A DNA stretch of 64,000 nucleotides, from NCBI GenBank assembly GCA_965153285.1, contig OZ229115.1; one strand, written 5' to 3'. A program made the translations under genes and the position numbers. The number at the start of each line of letters is the position of its first letter. Position 1 is the first letter of the stretch. This document shows, in pieces, positions 16,687-30,484 of this stretch. Source of the DNA: Podarcis tiliguerta (taxonomy: Eukaryota). A model generated the notes under the pieces. That model searched no databases. It worked only from the letters and a program-made list of their open reading frames with translations, and was not told the DNA's origin.

Positions 16687-19600
16687 GTATCTATATAAAA
16701 AATAATGAGCGATTTACAGGTCTCTTTCTAATCAGAACCTTAGAAGTATATATAAAGGTGCTGTACAATATATAAACATTTACATCCAGTACAACCATAG
16801 GTTTCTCAACATTCCAAGGCCACATTGCTAAAGTCATTTTATGCAGTTAAGTACAGATACAAAGTCTCTGGGTAGAAGGGCTCACATCAAACAGAGGACA
16901 ACAAATTAGGTCACGCCATTAAAGGTTAAATTGCATATGGATAATGATTACTTGCTGAATAATGGAGGGGGGAACCATTTTAGTTTTACTAAGTCATCTT
17001 GATATTTCTGCAGTTTTCATTCAACACTATTCTGTGACAGAGTATAAGAGAATCTTGAAGGGATGTTTCATGATGTTTGTCAAGGTATTTAAACTACATA
17101 GGCTAACTCAAGTATTAAATATTTTCACAGTAATTTTCTACAATATTTGCACATACGTCCTACAGCAACTTGAGTTCTTAAATGAGAGAACAAAAGACAC
17201 TTCAAAAAACAATTTTCTTTATATTAAGAGTTTAACCAGCTGTTAGTCTTTTAAAAAACAATTTCCTCAAGAGCTGGTTTGTCTTGGTAGCATCACACCA
17301 CAGAAATGCTTAGGAAAACCAAGTCCAAAGAATATAGGGCTTTTAAAAACCTCCTGTTCAAAACAGGAATTCATTTGAGCCACATTAAACTTTTAAAAAC
17401 TCAAGAGAAATTAATAAGCAACACAGATATTGTTGGGATGGGAAAACACCATTTAAAAATAAAAAGCACAAACCCATGTGGAACTGTAAGATACTGTAAA
17501 TTCACAGCCAACGTACATACACCTTGCACAAATTTTTAAAAAGGTGAACAGATGTTCTAACGTAACTCAAATGTGCATCATCACACCAGTATATGTTTCT
17601 GGGTGCCACATGAGCAAATCCATCATGAAAGTGCAGGACTATTGCACAACAGACAACCTTGCACCATTCAATTTCCCATTCTGACCAATGCCATCAGGCA
17701 TCCTATTGAGGCTCTGATTACAGGTACGTTTATGCTTTCAACTTTTCCTTCTCAAGCATTTTCACTGTCATTGCAATGGTCAGCTTGAGAGGTGGTGGTG
17801 AGGAAAGGGCTAATCAACAGCTTTCTAGAGACCTAGTGCTTTTAAATGGGCAATTGGATGTCACTTATGTCAGTTGCTTCTGATCAAGCTAGCAGGATAA
17901 GCACAGCCACCACACAGGGATAGTCATACAAAACCAGTAACAATAGCACCAAGCAAGTACACCTCTTGAAGTAGTATTCCAGGCTTCAGTGAAATCATAT
18001 CTCACACAGACAGCATCTAAGGAATTTCATTCTTCAGCAATCAAAGTCCATTTCAAGAGTTCACAGGATTACCACTATCCTAGATATCTTCACCAATCTA
18101 TTCTCCATCACACTCAAAGCATTCAGACCCAGCAGGGCTAGGTGAAAAGGGTATGTCAGCAATCGAGTTGAATGCAAAGCAATAATCTTCTGAAAGTGAC
18201 ATCACTAAAGCCCTCAGTGGCAAGCCTGTAGTTACTACGACACAATGCCAACTTCAGCTGTTCTCCAGAATAAGGCTGAGCAGTATCATGCAAAAGTGAA
18301 AATGGAACAGAAATGGTAAAACCTTGAGCAGATAGATGGGCTCTATACAGATAAATATTTCCAAACAGCAATGGGAATGACTTTTCTCTTATTCCTACTG
18401 GCTCAGGGGAAGTGCCACAGTAACAGTAGTTACTGCACATGCAAAGAACTACACATGCAAAGGAAGTGGAGAAGCTTGTCTCATTCAGTTCAACAAAGCA
18501 GTAAAACTGACTGTCAGACTGCCTAAAGTAGAGTGCAACTGATAAAAAGAAAGGGTTAATATGTCAGCAAAACAGGAATGCCACCGTTAGATTTATGTTT
18601 TTTAAATGCTTGGACATTACTGTGCAAGAAAAATAGTGCTGTGCATTTTTTCCCCTTTAGTAGATAGGGATTTCACAAAATAGAGGGGAGAGGAAGGGAG
18701 AAGAATGTTAGCAGTAGTATAGTTCTTAAAAGGCAATATTAACAATGTGTCCTTAATTTGCAGACATCCATTTGCCACAGTGCTGCTATGCTGGAAAGAA
18801 CTTGTTTTGTCCCATCTCAAACACACACACTCCTGCGCAAAAAGCAAAACAAGCTCAAAACACTAAAGAACTTGCAGAACTTATTAACCAGACATTGCAT
18901 TAAGACATTCCCAAAACGAACACACATACACACACACAGGCAATGAAAGTTCCATTACAAAACATTCTGCATGTTTGAGAAATCACTTAAACACTGTAAC
19001 TAACAGAACAGGTAAAAAAAAGGACTGGAAGAGAAACTAGGGGATGAAGGAAAGAAAATAAGTTTGAGAAGAAAGGGGAAAGAATAAAATATAAAATAGA
19101 GAACAAGACTTGAAAGCTGGAAGAAAGAAGTCTAATACAGCCTACTAATACAGCCTAATAAAACAGCCTACTGGAAGAGGAAGCTCCCTGACAAAATGTG
19201 GAAATCTTTGATTTAGGGTAACATAAGGGGCATGGATCAAACTCACAAAAGCTCATTCAGAGGCTGCCAAATCCATTGCTAGAATGATGTAAAATTCAAA
19301 GTCTCCATTCTTGCAGCTTGCCATCTCCTCAAATCCCATCACAATTAACTACACGTCTGAGGTGCAAATGTGCTCCACTGTTAACATTCCTCACTATCAT
19401 ATTTACACTCACACAGAAGTAAGAGAGGTACGCAAAAAAATGGAAAACAAAGTAAGGTCTTCTAGTAATAGCGATAAGCAAGGACAATTCTTGAGAATTT
19501 GACTTTGGTGGATCGGTTTACTCTGCTGTGTTTTAAGATCTTGAATTTTGAGCCAAGGCAGGAAATATTCAAGCGTTTAGACAGCATTAAGCAAAAAAAC

Positions 19601-20515
19601 AAACAACAGATGGGAGATGCTGACAAACAGCATGGCAGTAAGCTTGAAAGCATATGCACACTCTGCATGTTTAATAACTAATGTTAAAAGTGCTTGTTAA
19701 AAAATAAGAATCAGGATATAATTTCGTGGCAATCCTGAAGCCACTTACTTCAATATAATCACGCTGAAATTAAGAGAACTGTTGTGATTTTAAAACTACT
19801 CAGCTTTCGGATTTAAATTTGTATCACATATTTTAAAGTTGGAATGGACAACTCAAACAAGGTAGTGAAGAGAGCAAATGACAAGAAAGCACATATAAAG
19901 GGGGACTGTCCTGTTTAAAGTTATTATGCTGGTATTGACAGGTTTGAGGAGGGTGGAAGAGAGCTTTGTGAAAAAAGGCATTTGGGGCATGTTTGCTCCC
20001 TGACTCCAGAGAGCCAAGAAAACCAAGCACATCTAACTTCTTGCTTGAGCAGCGAGAACTCAGAAATATTCCCTATGTAAACATGCAGCATGCTTGAGTA
20101 AATACTCATTTTTAAACTTTTTTTTCCCTTTTCTGTGGCAGTGGAAAATGCAGAAGATTCAACAGGATACAGTAGATAACTTGGCACAAGAACAAGAGTA
20201 GTGAGTCATGATTACACTGATAATAGGCATTAAATAATTTTGTTCATTATCTCACAATACTATCAGAAAGCCTTAGCAGTGCAACATCAGGAGCAGCCGG
20301 ACACCACCTTCAAAGGGACCAAAGGACAGCAGCTTTTGAAGAGTTTCATATATGCAATCCAAAAGGTCCTTCATGCAGCCTAATTTAACTTCCAATCAAA
20401 TGTACTTTCTGTTCATCACAGTGTCTGAAAAAATGACAGTTTTGTGAAAAGAAAAACTGTTTTAAGTGGCCACATTAGAAACCTGATTAAAATATGTTCT
20501 AAAAAAGTTTGTCAG

Positions 20516-21573
20516 TCAAACCCGTTTGTCAGTCACACCTGTTGCTTTTGTGACTCTGCTTGCACTTGGTACCTTCCAAGGTCCAGGAGTTATAGCTTTC
20601 TTCACAGGAGATCTGCTCTCAGCTTTGAAAATTCCATCCTCTTTGGTTTTATCAGCTGACTCCAGGTCATTGTCTCTGTATTTGTTCAGGACAACAGGCT
20701 CTTCTGCTTCAAGCCTAGTGTTGTTATCTCCAGAAAGTACTGAATCATCAGGAAGACCTGCCATTTTTAATTGGTTAGAGCTTTTGATTTTTTCATCTTC
20801 CAGTGTTTTCTTTCTAAGTTGATTAGCCTCAGAAAGTGGAAGAGACTGCTCCTCTAACTTGTAATGTGCTGTCTCTGAAGGGCATTTCTCATCCTTCCCA
20901 GATATGTTTTGCTTTGTGACTTCTTTTATGCCTCCTAATTTCACTTTTTCTATTGGTAGCACAGTTGTGTGCTTTTCACTAACAGGTGTTCCACTTTTAA
21001 ATTCTGTTAATCTTTGCTCTGTGTTCAGATTATCTCTGCTTCTTTCTTTCTTTGGATATTTCTGGGGACTGGCAGATCTGCCTCTCTTTTCCTTGTTTTC
21101 GCGTCTTTTGGGACTTTCTGGCTGGTCTAAGCAACCCTTGGTGGTTTTTTTAGGTTCACCCATTCGAGGGCTGTTGCATGGTGCTTGATTATGGCCTTTG
21201 GAAGTACTATTGCTCAACTTTTTTGGGCTGGCTGATCTGCCTCTGCTGGTTGCATTGCCCACTGCCAACTGTGCAGTACTGTGTACCACCTTATCACCTG
21301 GACTGGAGGGGTGGTCCCGTTTGTTCACATTCTTTTGTGCAGAAGTTGCATTCTTAATCTCCAAGTGGTTTTCCATTAAAGTGCTTTTCTTTTCAGGCAC
21401 AGTTTTCTTCAGTTCTTCCAGTTTCTCAGGCGTCTGGACTTTCACTAAAGCTTCTTCTGGTCCTGGCAAATGAGATGCTTCAGATGTGGAAGCAGAATGT
21501 GAAGATGAGGGAAGTGGTGTCTGTTCACCGTGTGTTACACTTGAGGATGTTGGATTCAAACTATCCAGATCAC
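20516..21573 (-). CDS. MAGI3: MAGI3 last coding exon, long C-terminal tail (GDLDSLNPTSS...ITPGPWKVPS...TDKRV*)
   Basis: gatgcag acceptor, phase 1; 352 codons open; RGRSASP repeats and the PGPWKVP motif typical of MAGI long tails. Confidence 0.95.
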
Positions 21574-22767
21574 CTGCATCAGAACAAGGACAAATATGCC
21601 ATTAAGCAATAAGGATGTGTTCTCAACATTTAAAGCCCTTCCAGTTTTAAGCTATATAAAAACACAACAACTCGTACAATGAAAAACCAACTTATGTCTC
21701 TATATGGCAAGACAACAAATTAGGTTTTACAGACTGCAGGTCATGTATTCTTTTGCTAATAACTATTTAACAAGTGCTGCATATCCCCCACGTGTGCACA
21801 TCCCTCCCTGCTTTGCAAACCTGATTTCTGTGCATGCTCAACTCTTCCACTACAACAACCAAAAACTGCAATCTACATTAACTCACTTTCCTGTTAACCA
21901 CAACACTGCACGGTAATTAAAACAAGAGTCTTATTATTCCTTTACATTTCAGGGTAAGAATTTGTCCCACAGGGTCTAGGGAAGTGTATGCCTGGGGTTT
22001 GCAGAATGGGCTGGAGAGAGAATAAATGAAAGGGACACAAATCTTCAAAATGGTGCTGAGTATGTAGGGCACATTTAATTCAATGTAGCTTATAACAATA
22101 TTCATAAACCACCAACTCAAATAATAATAATAATTCATGGTGGTATGCCACAAAACCATGAAATCATAAAATACACAATTTTAATAAAAGAAACAAAATG
22201 CCCAATGCAGCTGGATTTCAACCTTTCTCAGAGGCAAATACTATAAATGAGTAGAGCACTTCAACAAAGCATGATGCCTTTAACCAGTTATAGCCTTTGA
22301 CCCCGAGGAAAGTTGAAACTGAAATGTGCTGAGTATTTCACATCTTTCTTTAGAGCACCCTACATACCTTTGCACTGTTTTGAGGCTTTACCTCTTTTTG
22401 TTTGTTTGTGTTTTCATGCTGCCCTCTGCTGTTTCTCTCAAGAGAGAGTAACCACCATAGTGTATGTTACGTAGAACAGTTGGGAAAAATCACTGATTTG
22501 GAGATGTGCTAGGAAGGACAATGATCTCTGCTGACACATGGAAAGGCTCTGGGATTTATTTAGCTGGTAAGGCTTGTGAAATGCAGGACTCCTAAAATTT
22601 ATTCTTCTGCATCAGTGATAGACTACACTTAAGCAATACATGCCAAAAGAAAACTGAAAACAAGGAGAGCGAAAAACTACTGTTTGAAGCAAATAAAAAG
22701 AGGTCAATCACAAGACATGCAGATTTACCAAGTCTTTAAGGAAAGACCAAGAAAAGCACTGAAAGCT

Positions 22768-22817
22768 TTAATGCTGCTCAGGTTTCACGTAGGAGCACAA
22801 ACTGGAAGGAGCCAAAC
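22768..22817 (-). CDS. MAGI3: MAGI3 alternative stop-containing exon, short isoform C-terminus (GLAPSSLCSYVKPEQH*); exon extends to donor at 22729
   Basis: Strong pyrimidine tract plus ccctcag, phase 1; peptide nearly identical to the recalled mammalian short isoform end GLAPSGLCSYVKPEQH. Confidence 0.9.
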
Positions 22818-24115
22818 CTGAGGGAGGAAGAGAAAAAGCCCAGGACTATATACCAAAATCACAGCACACAGCAAAAGACTTCATCAGAAATGTACGATTC
22901 ACAAGCAGAGTGCAAGAGCTGGCATAGTGAGAATAAAAAGAATCACGCTATTCCTTACTGTCCTGTGCTTGCAAGACCTGCTTGAGTATGCTCCACCAAG
23001 GAAGCCTGGTAGTCACAGTGCCTTAAATAAACAGACCCTCAGGTCTCTGTGGTTGCTCTTGTATGTGTGTTCAGAGAGAAAGTGCTGAAGTGTCCCTATC
23101 CCCCTTAGCCACTCAAGTTCCCGTGTCTGTTTAGAATGTTTGCACCCAAAAGGGATCACCTCAATTTTCTTAGGGTTATTCAGTTAAGGGGCGAAATCTG
23201 TTGCAAACTGCTCCACTCTTGTGGAAAGTTACTTTCAGACTAATACAGCTCAATATAACGCGTTGATTGATGTCACTTTCAGAGACTATTTGGCACAAAT
23301 TCCTGTAAAGGAATGAAACAAAGGAGTCCACTCATGGGAAAATAGACTGATCTCACAAGATCCTCTGGGGGCTGAGACTTCTGTGTCTTTTATCAGTCCT
23401 TCCAAATATAGTACCCAACAGTTTTCTTTTTCTCTAGTGCTGCCTTCCCTAACCAGGTAAAGTCCAGAGCTTGTAAGACTACAGCTTTCATGATCCCTGA
23501 CTACTGGGCTATACTGAAGGGGTGCTGGCAGTTGTAGACCATCTGGAAGGCACCACATTGGCTACCCTTGCTCTAGTGCATTTGAACATTATTTACCTTT
23601 GACTGGGGGAATTTAATGCCTCTACATTATTCATGTCAATTCCCTCTCTCTGTGTGTCTGCCTGTATCACCTCTGCAAAGACTTCAAGGACTCGTATGTG
23701 TGGATGGCAAAGGACCTACATCACTGTTTCTCTTGGGGGATAGCTGAGGGTTGGGTGAGGAGGGAGAACAATGCCTGGGCCTTGGGGATATACCTCATTT
23801 TCCTCTAGGTGATACAGGAAGACAAGGAAGAAAAAGAGCATACAGTCAGCACAGAAGGAGCGGGAAATGGGGAAGATTATTTCTAGGCAACTAGCTGACT
23901 CTGGCAAACAAAGCTCTCATGAAACTCTGATCTGCCTTCAGGTATGAAAGCAGATATAGATGTAAGTCTGCTTGACCTTGTCTCTGGAGGAGATAGCAGA
24001 GTTAATGCTCTTCTAACACTGAAGAACAGCAGCATCTGCAACATACAGAACAGGCTAAGACAGTCACTCCCTCTCATTCATCAGATCCATAAACAGGACA
24101 GAAGTACCATATTAC

Positions 24116-24254
24116 CATGATCTGGTATTAAGCCGGTTCCTGGTCGCAAAAGGAGGAGAACTTTATTTCCTCCAGACTGAATCAATTCAATGGCTCGGGT
24201 ATGGGTGATTCCTTGGGTCGGCTCCCCATTGATCTCAACAATCTGGTCCCCAAC
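24116..24254 (-). CDS. MAGI3: MAGI3 exon, second half of last PDZ ([11 protein letters not shown]...LIPDH)
   Basis: tttcctag / GTAATA boundaries, 139 nt. Confidence 0.96.
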
Positions 24255-26146
24255 CTAGGAAAGAAAAGCATCCATATTAAACACAAAGGGCACTTCAAAT
24301 TCTTGCCTTATACATAGAACCTGCTTAAGCAAATCCTGTTTTGTCGCATATTCAATTCAAAGTGGCTAACAATATTCATACTGTTATAAAATCTGCTGAA
24401 CCCATGAATAGCATCCCAATTATCACCTGGAATTCCAGGTACTGACCTACTCTAGATAACTTCAAAACAGCTTTACATTCTGTGAGCTGGCACCTACATA
24501 TGACTGCTGAAGGACAATGCTAAAGGCCAGCTGTGGAACTGGGGGCGGAGAGAGATGGAAGGGTTGTCATTGAGGTGTGAAATGCAACCCAAGAATTACA
24601 AAGTGTATATTGCAGTGCTGTTAACTGACCAGCAGATGGCACTGTTATATACAAGGTGCAGTCATTCTACACAATACAGGGCTGGATGGAGCCTGACACC
24701 TCGGGGAGTAAAAGGGGGAGGGAACAGGTTCCATTTAAGGTGGGGAAGCAGAATCGCATTCTAGTCGTTTGGAGCAGTTTCTTGCTTGAAAAATAGAAAC
24801 AACTCACAGTGCTGTGAAAAACTCCCTCTAGATATTTACTGTATGGATGAAAAGATATTTTGAAGGAGAAAGAGTTCATTTCAGTGAGAACATTCGTTTA
24901 GGAAAGAAGATCTACATTGGCAGGAAAAAGCAGGGGACAGCTCTTGAGGCTCCGATTTGTAACTGGTTTCAAGTTTTATTAGCTTATGTGTATTTTGTCC
25001 AATTACAGGCAAATTCATCACTCCCTTAGACTTCTGCAATAAAAAGTGTGGAAGCAATGCCTTAACAGCCATATACCACAAGCAGCACAGCTGCATCTAG
25101 GTTCCTATAAACAAAATATACCGTGGGCCACTAGAAACATCCTTGCAGATATAATTTTATGGTTTGCAAATTGATTCTAAAATGAAAAGTGGTATACTGC
25201 AGTAATAAAATTTACATCATTAAATTTGTTTATAGCATACATCTCAGTGAACACTGTAGAGTCTTGAGAAAGAGTCTGTTCAAAACTGCAACCAGCAGGG
25301 AAGAACTGTAAACAAAGTCTTCATTTTTCTCAGTGTTACCAGGTGACCAATGAGGTTACTCTGGGCAGATGGGCTTACATAAAATGGAAAGTATTTGTTT
25401 TATTTTATTTGTTTAGAAGTGTAAAGAAGAGAGTATGATCCAATAAATACTGTGTTGGAGTTCCAGTGCCCTGGAGCTACTTTTAGAGGCTCCTGATGCA
25501 CACCCTTTGTTAAAAAAAGTATGCCAATATGCTAAGTGGGACATATGCTTGGTAGTAGGAAAGGCATGGCTGTTGAGGTTGAGACTCTTGAAAAAGCAGC
25601 ACTGGCAAAGTCATAGAAGAGCTCACTCACCTGCTCATCCTCCAAAATAATATATAGCAACCTCTGGCAACATTGCCCTTCTGTTTGTCACTAATTCATG
25701 CATTTGCTCATATGCTTTTAACACCTACTTTGGCATTTGCCAACATAAGCTACTTATTATTTCACGACAACAGAGGTTATGTCTCCCTTTTCTACTGATT
25801 CACCATTGGGTATATTAGTGTCTGGGTGAAACTGTATAAATTCAAGATTAAAGGGGGGGGGAGAGGAAGGCAGGAAACATGAATATGTGTTCAGGTTTGG
25901 GGCTCTAGTAAGGGACACTACTTGAGATGAATCCCATGGCATATTTCGGGGGGGGGGGGGAGTACACCCTTAGAGCAGGGACAGTCAAAATGGTGGCCTC
26001 CAGATGCAGTTGGACTACAACTACCTGGCCAACAACTGGAGGCTGCCACATTGGCTATCTTTGCTGAAGAGCCCCAGCAAATACTCTGGTAACTATTTGG
26101 GAGTTGATGCAAACAAGGTAGAGTGGCAATGACAATACTTATGCTG

Positions 26147-26147
<1 letters not shown>

Positions 26148-26188
<41 letters not shown>
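26148..26188. repeat. (AAT)n microsatellite
   Basis: Direct inspection. Confidence 0.95.
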
Positions 26189-26189
<1 letters not shown>

Positions 26190-26282
26190 GGGCCTGAAAC
26201 ACCAAGCAAGGTCAGCCAATTTAGTCTTTAAGAATCTTAGGTGATTAAGCCCACCCCCCCCCCCAAAAATAAACACCTATTA

Positions 26283-26459
<177 letters not shown>

Positions 26460-26817
26460 TTAGATCACACTGGAAAGAGATCTTCCTTACTATATTGTTA
26501 GAGAAAGCTTCAGTTTCTTAAATTCAAAGGATGATCTAAGCAGAAATGAAGTTCACATATCAGGCAACGTACGTACACACACACACACCTTCAGCAATGC
26601 ACCCAGGAAGAGCTCAGGCACAAGCTTAAATTTTTTCACTCAGTGAGATCATGAATTTGGGGTCTCCCACTTCTGTTCTTTACTTCTCCATACAGTGAAG
26701 AAACTGGGGAAGAAAGTGAGCCTAAGACAGATCCTGATCTCTCAAGTACAAGCTCAGGGAGAAAAAGTTGACTCAGGAAGATCTTAACATAAGATTGCAA
26801 ATGAAAAGTGGCTTTCC

Positions 26818-27032
26818 TAGAATCATAGAAGAATCATAGAATCATAGAGTTGGAAGAGACCACAAGGGCCATCGAGTCCAACCCCCTGCCAAGCAGGAAA
26901 CACCATCAGAGCACTCCTGACATATGGTTGTCAAGCCTCTGCTTAAAGACCTCCAAAGAAGGAGACTCCACCACACTCCTTGGCAGCAAATTCCACTGTC
27001 GAACAGCTCTTACTGTCAGGAAGTTCTTCCTA
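26818..27032 (-). mobile_element. CR1 LINE 3' fragment
   Basis: (ATCATAGA)n terminal repeat plus GAGTTGGAAGAGACC...TCCAACCCCCTGC hallmark of CR1 3' ends. Confidence 0.85.
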
Positions 27033-28561
27033 AAGATCATCCTGATTTTTATTTTGACTGAGAGCCAAGCCCCCATATAGGGGCTGCTGCAAAGTGCTTA
27101 CCCGACTTTGGTCTCCATGCTGCAGATGTAGCATTTAAAAGTGTTTTGCCCTGTATATTAGCTGATATGCATGCATATATTTGTGCCAGCGTTAGCCATT
27201 GACAGGGATATGCAATATAGCTCAATGCTTATTTAGTCATATTGGGTGGAATGAAGTGCTAAGTGAACAGCCTGTCAGCACAAGGATTTCTGCTTGTGCA
27301 ACGGAACGTTCTTTCCCTCTCCCCACCCCCATATCCCCTACGTATATTCTAGGGTTTCTCCCAATCCTCTGGTGCAGATTTAGTAATTCCTCAACTAATT
27401 CTACATGTAGACTCTATTTACTTTAAAACTTACAAGGCCAACATAAGTTCTTCCGAAAAAGGATGCAAACGTGCTCTTTCCCATTTCTTTAGCACCGAAG
27501 TCTAGGCCAGAAACTCTGCACAACTGTAATAGCTATGCCCCCCCACCCCCCTGTTACTTTTAGAAGTATGAGGATTTAGTGAGAAAATTATTATGAGTCC
27601 CTGGAAATACAACTATTCTAGCTTAACCAGTTAGGGATAAACTGAAGTTGCAGTGACGTTTTAAGTTCTTTATCAAAAGTAGCCAAGGCTTCTACCACAG
27701 ATGTAACCCGGCAAGCTTTATGTAAAGCATAGCACTCCATCCTTAAACAGACTACTAGATCTTCCAATAATATCCCAATTTCCCACTTCATATTGATTCT
27801 AGTCACCTGAAGATTAAATGATTTAAAAAACCCTGCTAGTTTAAGACCAGAGTTCAGACTGTCTCATGTTGGCTCAAGCTCTACAAAGCTGAGAAACGAA
27901 AAGCTAAGGTTGACAGTTTAACATAAATGATGCCGTGCAATGTCACAAATAGTGCTTTCTTACAACTTACCACCCAGGCACCCACACTTTTGCTTGTTTT
28001 TTTTCAGGCCCAAATCCTGATGTGGAGGATGGAGTGCCTAGGACCAGCAAACATGTCCCATGTTGTCCTAGTCCTTTATTGTCTTATGAAGCACCTGAGC
28101 CTTACTGTAATGCTAGAGGAATTCTTCTGCAAGTTGTGGTTTATTTTTAAACACTACATTTTGTTAAATGTGGCCATGCATAGTTGTGGGATGCACAGCT
28201 GCAGGGTGGCTGTTCGTATGTGTTTATGGTGCCCATGGTAGTTTGTCAGGTTTCCAAATGTGCCCCAAAACCTATGAAGATTGGTGAACTCTGGTACGGT
28301 CAGTGTATTGCACTGCTACAGACATTGCACATGGCAGCCACCAGGTGGCTCCTGAATTCAGAACAGTACATTCTATGGGATCTGCTTCCAAATTAGCCCA
28401 TCTCCACCCTCAAAACCACCAATGGAGTTCCTGCACTTTAAATATTCCAATCAACTATGTGGAATTACGTTCTCCACAAAATGTTGCTGCTGCCTCTTTA
28501 ATTTCTAAGCTCCAATACAGTACATGAAGCACTTGACATTTATAAAGTTAGGAGTGATGGT

Positions 28562-28765
28562 AACATAGAATAACAGAATCGTAGAGTTGGAAGGGACCTC
28601 GAGGTTAATCTACTCCAACCCCTTGCAACGTAGGAATCTCAACTAAAGCATCCATGACAGATGACCATGCAACCTCTGCTTAAAAACCTCCAAGGAAGGA
28701 GAGTTCACAATCTACCAAGGGAGTCTGTTCCACTGTTGAACACTTCTACCAAAAAGTTCTTGTTA
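28562..28765 (-). mobile_element. CR1 LINE 3' fragment (older)
   Basis: Similar to the 26818-27032 copy. Confidence 0.75.
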
Positions 28766-28957
28766 GATTTGAACCAGTCCTTGGAGTTCAAAGCAAGGAG
28801 TTTCATGAATTTTGCTGTTTTTATAGCGTTTGTAGAATATCCACTGCAGTGACTGTGACACAAAGTCTTACCTATCCCTATATTTGCTATGGGAAGTTTC
28901 GGCCTCAAACAATAGATACCAGTTTAACAGAGCTGTTGTCCAGAGAAGAGTTTATAC

Positions 28958-29060
28958 CTGAGATAGTTTGCTCCCTGTGACAGATGAAACACCTTCCGAT
29001 GACGAGAAGTGCTTGAAACTGTTGCATTGTTCTTTTCCAGTATCAGCTTCCGTAGCACTC
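28958..29060 (-). CDS. MAGI3: MAGI3 linker exon (SATEADTGKEQ...VTGSKLSQ)
   Basis: taatttcag / GTATAA boundaries, 103 nt, phase 2 to 0 bridging the flanking exons; divergent but positionally homologous. Confidence 0.85.
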
Positions 29061-30484
29061 CTGAAATTAAAGGAAGCAGAGGGATGTTTGTTTATTTATA
29101 TAAACTGGGGCAACCCAATCAGATGGGCAGGGTTGATGTCATTATTACTACTACTACTGCTACTACTTGTTGGTTTCTGTTTCCCTCACTGAGCAGCAGC
29201 TGGTAGTCATGGGACTATGTTTGCATTCCACAGTTCAGTTACTGTTGGATTCTCACGGGAAAGGGAGACTGGATGTGACGTTCACTGGTTTCCTGTTTCT
29301 TTGTTCTGTCGTTTCTTGGTTGGAGTTGCTCTCTGCTCTCACAGAGGCAAGATGTATGTTTGTATGCTCTCAGCATAGCTTAGAAATAAAGCATAGCAAT
29401 GTAGCACCATACCTGCTTCAGCCTTTCATTTGCGGACTGGGATTAAACTCTGCTGGGCTCAAGGCAAGATGAGCCATATCAGCTCAAGGGCCGGAGCAAA
29501 ATAAACTAACACTATTATTATTATTAATTATTATTATTATTATTTATTATTAAAATATATCTCTCAAGGCAAATGGATACCAACAACAACAATTGTGGTC
29601 TTCAGTGGCAATGTAATCATGTCCTACATGCCAGTGCTGAAATCTGAAATAGCTCTGGATGAAAACTGGAGAGCATCCATGGCGTCATCAGCTGGCAGGA
29701 CAGTGGCTTTGGCAATACTGATTCTCTGCAGTGCTTTGAAGGGGATGGGGAAGAGTTTTTCCATGCTTTGCCTTTGCTTGCAAAATGCTCCCTTTAAGAT
29801 CAGAGTGAGATGGGGACTTAGAGCAGGAGGGAGAGGGAGTCTTGCAAAGCCTTTTGAGGGTCCCCCCCCCTTCTTCCCTTTTATGTCCCTAATCTTACAC
29901 CAGCCTTTAATCTCCACTCATGGGTTGATGAATGGAGATTAAATCCTGCTGCCTACAGTGAGTGATCCTGTTCCCTGCTGAAAACAGGAACATGCAACCA
30001 ATGTAGGGAGGTGCTGAAACCGAATGGTTCCTGGAAGTCTCCGACTGGCCATGTTGGAGGCTTCTTAGTGACAATAGTGTTCTGCTTAACAATCCTAACA
30101 TACCGTTGTCTTTTTTTTATTGCAGCTTTTGCCTGCCTTCTAAACAGAGCCCTGGGGAAGGGAGGAAAGACAACAGAAAAAGCAAAGCCAGAAAGGGGGC
30201 TGGGCGGGGAGAAGAGGTTTTCTTTAAAATATAAAGTTGTGGGGAGGGAGACTGACAATGATTTTGAACAAAGGGGAGAGTTTGATTCAGAGAAGCAATG
30301 TGGGGGGCAGTCTGCAGAGACTGAAGAGGAATAACTGGAAGAAAAAGCTCCATCCTGGGCAGGAAAAGAACTAGAGGAGGTGTCTTGGGTTATATGGCTG
30401 ACCCAGAAGACTTTCATGAGTTTCCCTGCTTTCCTAGGCATAACCCACCCAATGAAGAAAAACAAGCATGAAGCAACATTCATA

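Noticed and set aside
20526-21473. Plus-strand ORFs of 91-98 aa
   Set aside because: Antisense shadows of the MAGI3 last exon.
29160-29335. Purine-rich, exon-looking stretch upstream of the 29060 MAGI3 exon
   Set aside because: All three frames reach stops and I found no phase-2 donor giving an in-frame cassette.
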